Shown one piece after another: positions 1 to 8,391 of a DNA stretch of 32,319 nt. The notes under the pieces were generated by a model. The model did not search any database, was not told the origin of the DNA, and was given only the letters and a program-made list of their open reading frames with translations. The translations under genes and the position numbers were made by a program. The stretch's first letter is position 1. Each line of letters starts with the position of its first letter. Origin of the DNA: a virus (lineage: Duplodnaviria; Caudoviricetes). The DNA lies in IMG/VR virus record IMGVR_UViG_3300035003_000005, positions 1 through 32,319 of that record; one strand, written 5' to 3'.

Positions 1-366
1 TCAGACGGCCCAACGCAGGGGCTGCTCCGGATCAGCCTCGGCCCGCTCGCCGGGATCGATCAGATCCCACCAGGCGCCGGGGCACAGGGGCTCGACCGGC
101 TCAGGCTCCTGCCACTCCCCGGCGGCTACGGCAGCCTCCCAGCCGCTGATCACCGCTTCCTGCTGGGGATCTTCGGCCTCGGAAGCGGCTTGGCACCCCG
201 GATCCTGGGCCTTGCTGGCGGCCCAGACGCCGAGACGTGCCTGCAGGCGCTGCAGGGCGGCACCGCAGGCGCGGCCCGCTGCAACGCTGAGCTCAGTGGC
301 GACCCAGAGCAGGGCGAGGCTGCAGGCCAGGGCCTGGCGAAACGGGGAGCGGCTGGTGGCTTCCAT
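1..366 (-). CDS. Hypothetical protein (~121 aa, hydrophobic N-terminal stretch, acidic C-terminus)
   Basis: ORF with ATG at 366 (MEATSRSPF...), preceded by hairpin copy A. Confidence 0.55.
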   Translation of the reverse strand: MEATSRSPFRQALACSLALLWVATELSVAAGRACGAALQRLQARLGVWAASKAQDPGCQAASEAEDPQQEAVISGWEAAVAAGEWQEPEPVEPLCPGAWWDLIDPGERAEADPEQPLRWAV

Positions 367-405
367 CGGAGTGCGGCGAAGAACGGCGCCCCTCCGCAGC
401 GGCAA

Positions 406-457
406 GCCGGGAGGTCAAGGGCCGCGCAGCGGCTTGTCTTGCCCTTGACGCCCCGGC
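406..457 (-). promoter_or_regulatory. Conserved CAAGGG/CCCTTG hairpin leader, copy A
   Basis: IR gtcaagggc 414-422 / gcccttgac 441-449; outer IR 406-411/452-457; inner gccgc-gca-gcggc. Confidence 0.7.
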
Positions 458-717
458 GACCGCCAGCCCGTGAGTGCAGCGAACGGCCGCTGGCTGCCCG
501 CTGCACCATGGGGGAGCCTTCCGCCGAACCGGTGGACCACCGCCGCTCCTGCTCGCCTGCCTGTCCGGCCGCCGGTTCTGGCGCTGCTGCTTGCTCAGGC
601 CAGGGCGTAGAAGCGCCCCAGCGTCGTCACGCCCGGAGTGCCGCCGGGGAGCAACAGGCCAGAAGGCAACAACGGGGGAGCAACCAGCCAGAGCCAGCCG
701 CTCCCCGGCACGAGTGC

Positions 718-1149
718 TCAGTGGCCACGGGCTGGCGCAATCCGCCGGAACGGATCCGGCAGACAGGCCTCGACCAGCTCCATGGCCAGGAAGGCCGAGA
801 AGCTCATGCCGCCGCAGCTGATCGCTTCTGCGGCCCCCGGCAGGCTGCCGCGATGGATGGACATCTGCGCCGCTGACGACGCCATGGGCGGATGGCGCCG
901 CTGCAGCTCCGCTTCGATGCGCAGCCGCAGGGCCTGGGGCACCCGGGCGCTGGGGGCATGGCCCCGGGCCCAGCCGCCCAGGGCGCACCAGCGGCAGTGC
1001 TGATCGAGGAGCTTGCTGTGCTTGCCGCGCTTGAGAAAGCGCACCAGTTCCTCACCGGCAACAGGGTGCTCAGGCTGGATGGAGACCCGCCATCGGATGC
1101 CCGCTCTGGTGTGATCGTGCAGCACGATCGGAAACGCTGTGGACGCCAT
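718..1149 (-). CDS. Hypothetical protein, paralog of 30003-30350
   Basis: ATG 1149; shares GIRWRV, LVxFxKRGK, VPxxLxxRIEAxL with the 30003-30350 product. Confidence 0.7.
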   Translation of the reverse strand: MASTAFPIVLHDHTRAGIRWRVSIQPEHPVAGEELVRFLKRGKHSKLLDQHCRWCALGGWARGHAPSARVPQALRLRIEAELQRRHPPMASSAAQMSIHRGSLPGAAEAISCGGMSFSAFLAMELVEACLPDPFRRIAPARGH

Positions 1150-1179
1150 GGCGAAGCCGGCGAAGGACGCCGAAGCCAG

Positions 1180-1244
1180 GCGCGGGGAGGGCAAGGGCGG
1201 CAGAGCGCAGCGAGGCCGCTGGCGCAGCCCTTGCCCCGCCGCGC
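1180..1244 (-). promoter_or_regulatory. Hairpin leader, copy B
   Basis: IR gggcaagggc 1189-1198 / gcccttgccc 1227-1236; outer IR 1180-1185/1239-1244. Confidence 0.75.
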
Positions 1245-1625
1245 ACGCTGAGGAGGCCTGTCGCCCCAACCGGTGGAGGACAAGGCGATTCCGGTGCCGC
1301 CAATAGTGGCGCCTCCATCACGCCCAGGTCAGCCACGAGACTCGTACTCAGCCCACCAGCGCAAAGAACTGTGGTGAGAGCTGCGCAGAAATCTGCGGTT
1401 TTATGCAGATGAGTCAAGCCCGCCACCTCAGTCAGCAAGGGGGAAAGCCGCATATACGCCCCGTTCAGGCCTCACATGGCTTTAATAGGACTGCGCTTGA
1501 GCCACTGCCCACCTGCCATGAGCAGCCCTGACATCCTGATCCAGCGTGTGGGCCTGAAACGGCTTGATTTATGCATCGGACGCATGGATTTGACCATCTT
1601 TTGCGAATAGGGAGCGTTTCTTTTC

Positions 1626-4600
1626 GTGGCTCTTAAGGAACTTTGCACCCCCCGCCCCTCGGTCTTCGCAGCAGATCGGCGCGCCACGGTGCTCAACCTC
1701 GACACCTTCCTCAAGGGTGAGGTGGATGGTGGGGCGTTCTTTGAGGAGAACTACTTCACCAACGGGATGCTCGCTCTGGTGGAGCGTGCCTTCCGTCATC
1801 TGAGTGGCTCTGGTGCTGGCTCCTCGGTGTTTCAGCTCTCCCAGGCCATGGGTGGAGGCAAGACCCACAGCATGATTTCCCTGGGCCTGCTGGCCCGGGA
1901 TCCCCACCTCCGCCAGGAGGTGTGCTCGCAGATCGAAGGCGGCAATCCTGCCCCGAGCTTGGGTGCCTGCCAGGTGGTGGGCTTCAACGGCCGCAGCACC
2001 GATGCCACCGGGGGGATTTGGGGCTCCATCGCAGAGCAGTTGGGCAAGGGCGAGCAATTCGCTAAGTACGTTTCCCCCCTGCTGAGTGCACCGGGCCCGC
2101 AGGCGTGGAAGGAGCTTCTCGGCGAGCAGCCGCTGGTGATCTTCCTGGACGAGCTGCCGCCGTATCTGGAATACGCCGTAGCGGTGCCGGTGGGCAACGG
2201 CAACCTGGCCACGGTGACCACGGCCGCGTTGGCCAACCTGTTCGTGGCCGTCACGGAGATGCCCAACGTCTGCCTGGTGCTCTCCGACCTGGGCGGCACG
2301 AACTACTCCGGTGGGCAGGACAACATCAACCAGGCGGTTGATAAAGCCATCCAGCAGCTGACGGGTGAATCGCGGCGGATTGCGGTGCCGATCACACCGG
2401 TGAATCCCAACGGCGACGAGCTGTATCACATCCTGCGCAAACGCCTTTTTGCCGAGGTGGCACCCCAGAACGCCATTAATGGCGTGGCTGGCTCCTACCG
2501 GGAGGCGCTACGGGAAGCGGTGAACATGGGGCTCACCACCACAACCCCGGAGTCCCTCTACACCCGGGTTCAGGACTCCTACCCCTTCCATCCCGACCTG
2601 CGGGAGCTGGTAGGCAAATTCAAGGAGAACGAGGGGTTCCAGCAGACCCGTGGCGTGATCCGCCTGATGCAGATGGTCGTCTCCGACCTCTGGCACTCAG
2701 GCAAGGCAGCTGGTTTGGAGCTGATCCATCCCTACGACCTCGACCTCAACAAGGATGAGCTCGCCTCAGAGGTGCGCACGATCAACCCCAGCTTGAGTGA
2801 GGCAATCGCTCACGACATCGCCCATGGCGGTGATGCCGAAGTTGAGGTGATCGATGAAGCCAACGGCAACACAGATGCCTCCGATGCCGCCCGCCTGATC
2901 CTGGTGGCCTCTCTCTCCACTACTCCTGGCGCCATCCACGGAATGCGGGAGTACCAACTGGTGGACTGCCTGCAGCGACCTGGCCGAGACCTCTCGTCGT
3001 TCAAGCCGAACGTTCTCGACAAGCTGGCAACGCGGGCCTGGTACCTGCATAACTCACCGGACGGCCGGCTGTTCTTCAAGAACCAGCAGAACCTGGCGGC
3101 CAAGCTGCGCTCCACCGCTCAATCGCTCCACAACGAAACCGTCGAGAGGATGCTGCGGGAGCACCTACAGGACTACTTCGAGCCCAGCCTGCGCGACTGC
3201 TTCCAGGTGGTGAAGGTGCTGCCCCCGCCTGATGAGGTGCAGCTCGATCAGGAGAAAACCACGTTGGTCATCACCCGTCCCGGCGGGCAGGCCAATGGGC
3301 TTCCGGTGTCGCAGGACTGGCAGGACTGGTGGCAGCAGCAGCCATTCAAGAACCGGGTGCTGTTCCTGAGCGGCTCGAAGGACACCTACATGCGCATTCT
3401 TGAGGCTGCTCGGCAAGCGCGCGCCCTAGAGAGCATCGAGGCTGACCTCAAAAGCGAGAACACACCTGCAGATGACCCGCAATGGCGCGCACATGATTCA
3501 CTCCAAGCCCGGATTGGCTTGCAGTTTTCTTCTGCGTTAAAGGAGACTTTTGATCAACTGGTCTATCCATCAAGGGAAAGCTCCCTGCGTCCTAATTCTG
3601 TGATTTTAGATTTCGCAGGAAACACCAATGGCGAGGCCACGATCAAAGAGACCCTGAGAGTTGCCAATAAATTTACGGCTGAAATATCAGATGACAAATT
3701 CCGCGCCTTTGCGGAAGCTCGTCTCTTTGGCTCAACTGATAGTGCCGTAGCTCTGTGGAGTGATGTAAAGCGGGCAGCTGCGACTCGCACCGACTGGCCG
3801 CTGCATAAGACGTCGGCACTCGATGACCTGAAGGCCGACGCGATCCAGCGCGATCGCTGGCGGCCTGAGGGCAACTACGTGCGCAGGGGGCCCTTCCCTC
3901 CGCCGACTCCCAACATCGAGATCCGGGAGCTGAGCCGCGACGACGACGGCGATGGCCGTACCTATCTGCAGTTGATCCCCCTGCACTGCGACAGCATTGT
4001 GTTCGAAAGCGGGGAGAGCGAGCCGACCACCGCCTCATCGCCAGTGCCTTCGACGGCCAAGTTTGAGGCTAAGGGCCTGCAATACAAGTTCCTGGCATTT
4101 GACAGCGAGAACCCTGAGCGCCAAAGCGAGGTGAAGACCTGGACAGCGACCCTGCGACTCAAGAAACAACTCCATGACCGCGGGAATCACTACGAGGTGG
4201 AGCTGTTGGCCTTCCCCAGGGCCAATGGGGTGAGCATCCACTACACAACGGATGGCTCCTCGCCGATCGGCAGCAATGCGGCGGTGTACGACGGGTCGAT
4301 CCGCGTGCCGGACAACTGCCGCAAGGTCTGCGCCGTGGCCCAGGCCCCGACTTACTCGCTGACCTCCCAAGGGATCGTGCAGGACATCCCTAAGCGCGGG
4401 GAGGAGGTGCGCACCATTGATGCCACCCGCCCTGCGCGTTGGCAGAAGGTGAGCAAGCTCGATGACTCTGGGGCGGTGTGGGACCTGATCACCCGGCTGG
4501 AGCAGAACCCAGGGGTGCTGGCCTACGACGTGGAACTTTCTGCCAAGAGCAGCAATGGCGAGCAGATCGTGGACTACTCCGGCTCGCTGGCCAACGGTTA

Positions 4601-4769
4601 CGGCGGCGCCGAGCTCAAGACGGTGGCTGGCAAGCTCCAGGACATCGTGCAGGACGGGACGCTGCGGATGGAGATCGGCAACTTGGGCTTCTCCACTGGG
4701 CAAGCCCTGATCGACTGGCTGAACGCAACTAAGGAGCCGTTCAACCTCAGCTACGTGGATCAGGACTGA
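1626..4769 (+). CDS. DUF499 family ATPase of restriction-like (Gao_RL) anti-phage system
   Basis: 1047 aa; Walker A MGGGKT, Walker B IFLDE, YPFHP motif, GFQQTRGVIR; C-terminal FN3-associated-like IHYTTDGSSP. Confidence 0.9.
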   Translation: MALKELCTPRPSVFAADRRATVLNLDTFLKGEVDGGAFFEENYFTNGMLALVERAFRHLSGSGAGSSVFQLSQAMGGGKTHSMISLGLLARDPHLRQEVCSQIEGGNPAPSLGACQVVGFNGRSTDATGGIWGSIAEQLGKGEQFAKYVSPLLSAPGPQAWKELLGEQPLVIFLDELPPYLEYAVAVPVGNGNLATVTTAALANLFVAVTEMPNVCLVLSDLGGTNYSGGQDNINQAVDKAIQQLTGESRRIAVPITPVNPNGDELYHILRKRLFAEVAPQNAINGVAGSYREALREAVNMGLTTTTPESLYTRVQDSYPFHPDLRELVGKFKENEGFQQTRGVIRLMQMVVSDLWHSGKAAGLELIHPYDLDLNKDELASEVRTINPSLSEAIAHDIAHGGDAEVEVIDEANGNTDASDAARLILVASLSTTPGAIHGMREYQLVDCLQRPGRDLSSFKPNVLDKLATRAWYLHNSPDGRLFFKNQQNLAAKLRSTAQSLHNETVERMLREHLQDYFEPSLRDCFQVVKVLPPPDEVQLDQEKTTLVITRPGGQANGLPVSQDWQDWWQQQPFKNRVLFLSGSKDTYMRILEAARQARALESIEADLKSENTPADDPQWRAHDSLQARIGLQFSSALKETFDQLVYPSRESSLRPNSVILDFAGNTNGEATIKETLRVANKFTAEISDDKFRAFAEARLFGSTDSAVALWSDVKRAAATRTDWPLHKTSALDDLKADAIQRDRWRPEGNYVRRGPFPPPTPNIEIRELSRDDDGDGRTYLQLIPLHCDSIVFESGESEPTTASSPVPSTAKFEAKGLQYKFLAFDSENPERQSEVKTWTATLRLKKQLHDRGNHYEVELLAFPRANGVSIHYTTDGSSPIGSNAAVYDGSIRVPDNCRKVCAVAQAPTYSLTSQGIVQDIPKRGEEVRTIDATRPARWQKVSKLDDSGAVWDLITRLEQNPGVLAYDVELSAKSSNGEQIVDYSGSLANGYGGAELKTVAGKLQDIVQDGTLRMEIGNLGFSTGQALIDWLNATKEPFNLSYVDQD

Positions 4770-4772
4770 GCC

Positions 4773-5396
4773 ATGGCCAGAACCCCCGTAGCTTCACGCA
4801 AGAGCATCGGTCTGGGCTTTGTGCCAGAGGAGAGCCGCCATGGCTTTCTGATCCACATACCCAAGGGTGCCGCCAAGGGGGACCTGATCTCGATCAGCGA
4901 ATACCGGGGCGATCGCTTTAGCGGAGTAGATGTCACCTCCCTACCGGCACCGCCACCTTCCGACCCGGCGCTGCGAGTGTCGTTGGATCGGGGGCGCTGG
5001 GCAGCCCTGGCGCCAGCGTTCTGGGAGGAGGCCAACCGGCGGCTGCGGGCTAACGGCCTGGCCACCGCCAAGCTCACCAAGAGCCCGACCAAGCCGATCC
5101 CGGTGCATCCCTCACTGGGCAAGGAGCTCTGCGTGCTGTGCTGGGCAGTGGAGGAAGCCTCGATTGACGACACCCCCAATGCCCTGCGCAACTGGGAAGC
5201 GCTGGCACCGGAAGAGCGCTGGTGGCTGTACACGATGACAGTGGCCACCACCGGCCAGGCGATGAACAAGGGGGTGGGATGGCGCAAGGCTCTGCGAGCC
5301 GCCATCGCCGATAACCCCTTTGTGAAGGGAGAGGGGATGTCACCCAAAGCTCGCCGTGAACTGCTTGGCCACTCGCAACTAGCGCTTGAGATCTGA
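4773..5396 (+). CDS. DUF3780 family protein of restriction-like system
   Basis: 207 aa; LGKELCVLCWAVE, PEERWWLY, GWRKALRAA motifs; lies between DUF499 and methylase genes. Confidence 0.85.
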   Translation: MARTPVASRKSIGLGFVPEESRHGFLIHIPKGAAKGDLISISEYRGDRFSGVDVTSLPAPPPSDPALRVSLDRGRWAALAPAFWEEANRRLRANGLATAKLTKSPTKPIPVHPSLGKELCVLCWAVEEASIDDTPNALRNWEALAPEERWWLYTMTVATTGQAMNKGVGWRKALRAAIADNPFVKGEGMSPKARRELLGHSQLALEI

Positions 5397-5397
5397 G

Positions 5398-8391
5398 ATG
5401 CAGAAAGCCTTCATCGAAACCCAATTCCCTATTGCCCGGCTCTCGGCGGAAGCATACAAAGAGCGCAAAGCCAATAACGGGCAGACACTGACTCGCCTTG
5501 GTAAATGGTGGGGCCGCAAGCCCCTCATCCTGGTGCGGGCCTGCATCCTGGGGATGTTGATGCCAGCGTCAGACAATCCCAAAAAAGATCGACATATCTT
5601 TCTCAAGATCCTCACGATGGACGATGAAGGCACTTGGAATCGCCAAAAGGGTGAGATTCCTGTGAAAGCTTGGCGGGAGGCAGCTCCAGCACAGATCCAG
5701 GATAAATACTTTGGGGCCAGTGGTTGGCAACGCGGAATAAGTGCTGACCAGAAAGAATTTGTCTTAGCTGAGATTCTGGAAGAACTAACCGAGTCTCAAC
5801 GCCAACGGCTTGATGATCAACGCAGGCGTTCAATCGCCGACCGCTCCACATTCGACGGATTGTCCTATGCCGAGCGAATCGCCGAGTGTGAACGCCCCGA
5901 GAATGTGGCGGGTCCGTCTCAGGCAGCCTGGGCGGAGATCAATGATCACTTGGGTACTAGCGCTGCCAATCTAAAAGGGCTGATCGAACAACTTGGTCAG
6001 CGCAGTTTTGGCCACACGCCCCGAGTGGGCGATAGTTTTTGCGGTGGCGGTTCGATTCCCTTTGAAGCCGCCCGCATTGGATGCGAAGCCTTTGGCTCCG
6101 ACCTTAATCCCGTGGCTGGCTTGCTGACATGGGCCAGCCTGAATCTTCTTGGTGGTGGCCAGGCGATACAGGAAGAGGTGATGTGCGTGCAGGCAAAAGC
6201 CCTTGCCGCCGCTGATCAACAAGTCACTGCATGGGGTATTGAACACAACGATAAGGGTGAGCGTGCTGACGCCTATCTCTATTGCGTAGAAGTCAAGCCA
6301 GAAGGATGTGACTACTACATCCCCTTGGCCCCGAGTTGGCTGATTGGTGAGAAATCAAAAGTAGTGGCCCGTTGGGAACTGGTGCCAGGATCAGACCGAC
6401 TGCAACCAGATATAGCCGTCGTCAACGAAGCTGAATTGAAGCTCTACAAAGCAAAAAAAGGAGCCACTATTGTGAATAGCCGGGTAATCGATCCATTTAA
6501 CTCCAGCCGCTCGTGGTCGATCGAAGCCTTGCGCGGCCCTGAAGGATTGCGGCACTGGAGCAACGAAGATATTGTGCCACGCCCTGGCGATGTGTTTCAG
6601 GAAAGGCTTTATTGCATTCGCTGGATCAATAGCCGCGGTGAACGTCGCTATGCCGCACCCGATGCAGCCGATCTAGAGCGAGAAGGAAAGGTACTTAAGC
6701 TGCTACGTGAACGCTTCTCAGAATGGCAGCTGGAGGGGTTCATCCCGTCGAAAGCGATCCCTGAGGGAGGTGACAAAACCGAGGAACCGATTCGAACCCG
6801 TGGCTGGAAATATTGGCATCATTTGTTTACGCCTAGGCAGTTGTTGACCCATGGGGTTCTGGCGCAGATCAGTGGAGAACTGGCTCAGACAAAGGCAGCG
6901 AAAGTGGGATGCTTGCTGGGGCTAGGAAAACTTGCGAACTGGGACTCTCGTCTCTGTGGCTGGGATTCTAGCCCAGCGAACGAAAAGGGCAACGGAGTAT
7001 TTCAGAACCAAGCCCTAAATACGCAATTTGCCTTTTCAAATAGGCCTGTTATTAAATTCATTACTTCTTGGGAGCTAGATATTGCCTATTCTGTGCCAAG
7101 CATGGCGCAGAGCCGTGTCATTGATGCAGACGCTCGCGATCTCTGCGAGTCCTGTGATCTCTGGATCACCGATCCACCCTACGCTGATGCGGTCAACTAT
7201 CACGAACTCGCCGACTTTTTCCTGTCCTGGTACGACAAGCAAGTCGCAAGAATTTTTCCGGAATGGATTTCAGACGCCCGAGCACAGCTTGCAGTGCGCG
7301 GTGATGGCGATGATTTCCGTCGTTCAATGGTGGAGATATATCAGAACCTGGCCCGCAACATGCCGGACAAAGGCTTGCAGATAGTTATGTTCACCCATCA
7401 AGATCCAGCTGTGTGGGCCGGATTGGGCATGATTCTCTGGGCAGCAGGACTGAAAGCCACCGCAGCATGGACGATCAACACTGAAACAGATGCGGTGGGC
7501 ATCAAAAAAGGCAACTATGTACAGGGCACCGTTTGCCTAGTGTTGCGCAAGCGTGCTGCAGCGGAGCCTGGATTCCTCTTTGACATTTTCCCAATGGTTG
7601 AAGACGAGGTTCGAGCTCAAATTGCCTCGATGCAGGCTCTTGATGAGGATGGAGAGCCAAACTTTAACGATTCAGACTATCAACTAGCTGCCTATGCAGC
7701 GGCACTCAAGGTTCTCACCCAATACTCGACCCTCGATGGCAAGAACGTCACCGATGAAGTCTTCGCCGTCCGCTCTAAAAACCAAAAGAGCGACTTTCAG
7801 CAAGTCATCGAACGCGCAATCACAATTGCCTGTGACGAGCTGATCCCAAAAGGTCTTAATGACTCCTGGCGCGACCTGAGCCTGATTGAGCGCTACTACC
7901 TCCGTGCCGTCGACATCGAGTCCCGTGGTGAACGCCGCAAGGGCATGTACGAAGAACTCGCCCGCGGCTTTGGCGTAACCGACATCAAGCCCCTGCTCAA
8001 GAGCGATAAGGCCAACGGCACCTGCGTCCATACGCCATCGGGCTTTGGCACCAGCCTCCTGGCACCCATCGACGGTGCCGTGGAATCAGCTGCTGCTCTG
8101 CCTCGCCGAGGTCGTACCAGCGCCAGTGGCCCCCACCCCTTCGCCGCCAGCCCCCTACGCCATCTGCTTTTTGCCATCTGCGAGACAGCTGCTGCCGACA
8201 ACGATCCCAATCAAGGGCGCCAGTACCTGCGTGACACCTTCGGGCAGACCTACTGGGGCCGCAGAGAGTCGATGGTGCGTCTACTCGATTGGCTGGCTGC
8301 CCTCGGAAACTCGGAGGACACCGCCGGCTGGGCCAAGGACTCAGAGGCAGCGCGCATCCTGGCCGGCCGCCTGAGGAACGATGACGCCTAA
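5398..8391 (+). CDS. DUF1156 family amino (adenine-type) DNA methyltransferase
   Basis: N-terminal KWWGRKPL; SAM-binding DSFCGGGSIP; catalytic TDPPY; ATG at 5398. Confidence 0.9.
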   Translation: MQKAFIETQFPIARLSAEAYKERKANNGQTLTRLGKWWGRKPLILVRACILGMLMPASDNPKKDRHIFLKILTMDDEGTWNRQKGEIPVKAWREAAPAQIQDKYFGASGWQRGISADQKEFVLAEILEELTESQRQRLDDQRRRSIADRSTFDGLSYAERIAECERPENVAGPSQAAWAEINDHLGTSAANLKGLIEQLGQRSFGHTPRVGDSFCGGGSIPFEAARIGCEAFGSDLNPVAGLLTWASLNLLGGGQAIQEEVMCVQAKALAAADQQVTAWGIEHNDKGERADAYLYCVEVKPEGCDYYIPLAPSWLIGEKSKVVARWELVPGSDRLQPDIAVVNEAELKLYKAKKGATIVNSRVIDPFNSSRSWSIEALRGPEGLRHWSNEDIVPRPGDVFQERLYCIRWINSRGERRYAAPDAADLEREGKVLKLLRERFSEWQLEGFIPSKAIPEGGDKTEEPIRTRGWKYWHHLFTPRQLLTHGVLAQISGELAQTKAAKVGCLLGLGKLANWDSRLCGWDSSPANEKGNGVFQNQALNTQFAFSNRPVIKFITSWELDIAYSVPSMAQSRVIDADARDLCESCDLWITDPPYADAVNYHELADFFLSWYDKQVARIFPEWISDARAQLAVRGDGDDFRRSMVEIYQNLARNMPDKGLQIVMFTHQDPAVWAGLGMILWAAGLKATAAWTINTETDAVGIKKGNYVQGTVCLVLRKRAAAEPGFLFDIFPMVEDEVRAQIASMQALDEDGEPNFNDSDYQLAAYAAALKVLTQYSTLDGKNVTDEVFAVRSKNQKSDFQQVIERAITIACDELIPKGLNDSWRDLSLIERYYLRAVDIESRGERRKGMYEELARGFGVTDIKPLLKSDKANGTCVHTPSGFGTSLLAPIDGAVESAAALPRRGRTSASGPHPFAASPLRHLLFAICETAAADNDPNQGRQYLRDTFGQTYWGRRESMVRLLDWLAALGNSEDTAGWAKDSEAARILAGRLRNDDA

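Noticed and set aside
646-684. Direct repeat ggggagcaac x2
   Set aside because: Only two 10-bp copies; could be chance in GC-rich DNA
1569-2429. 286-aa minus-strand ORF (likewise 4035-4703 and 8667-9827)
   Set aside because: Antisense shadows of well-supported high-GC genes
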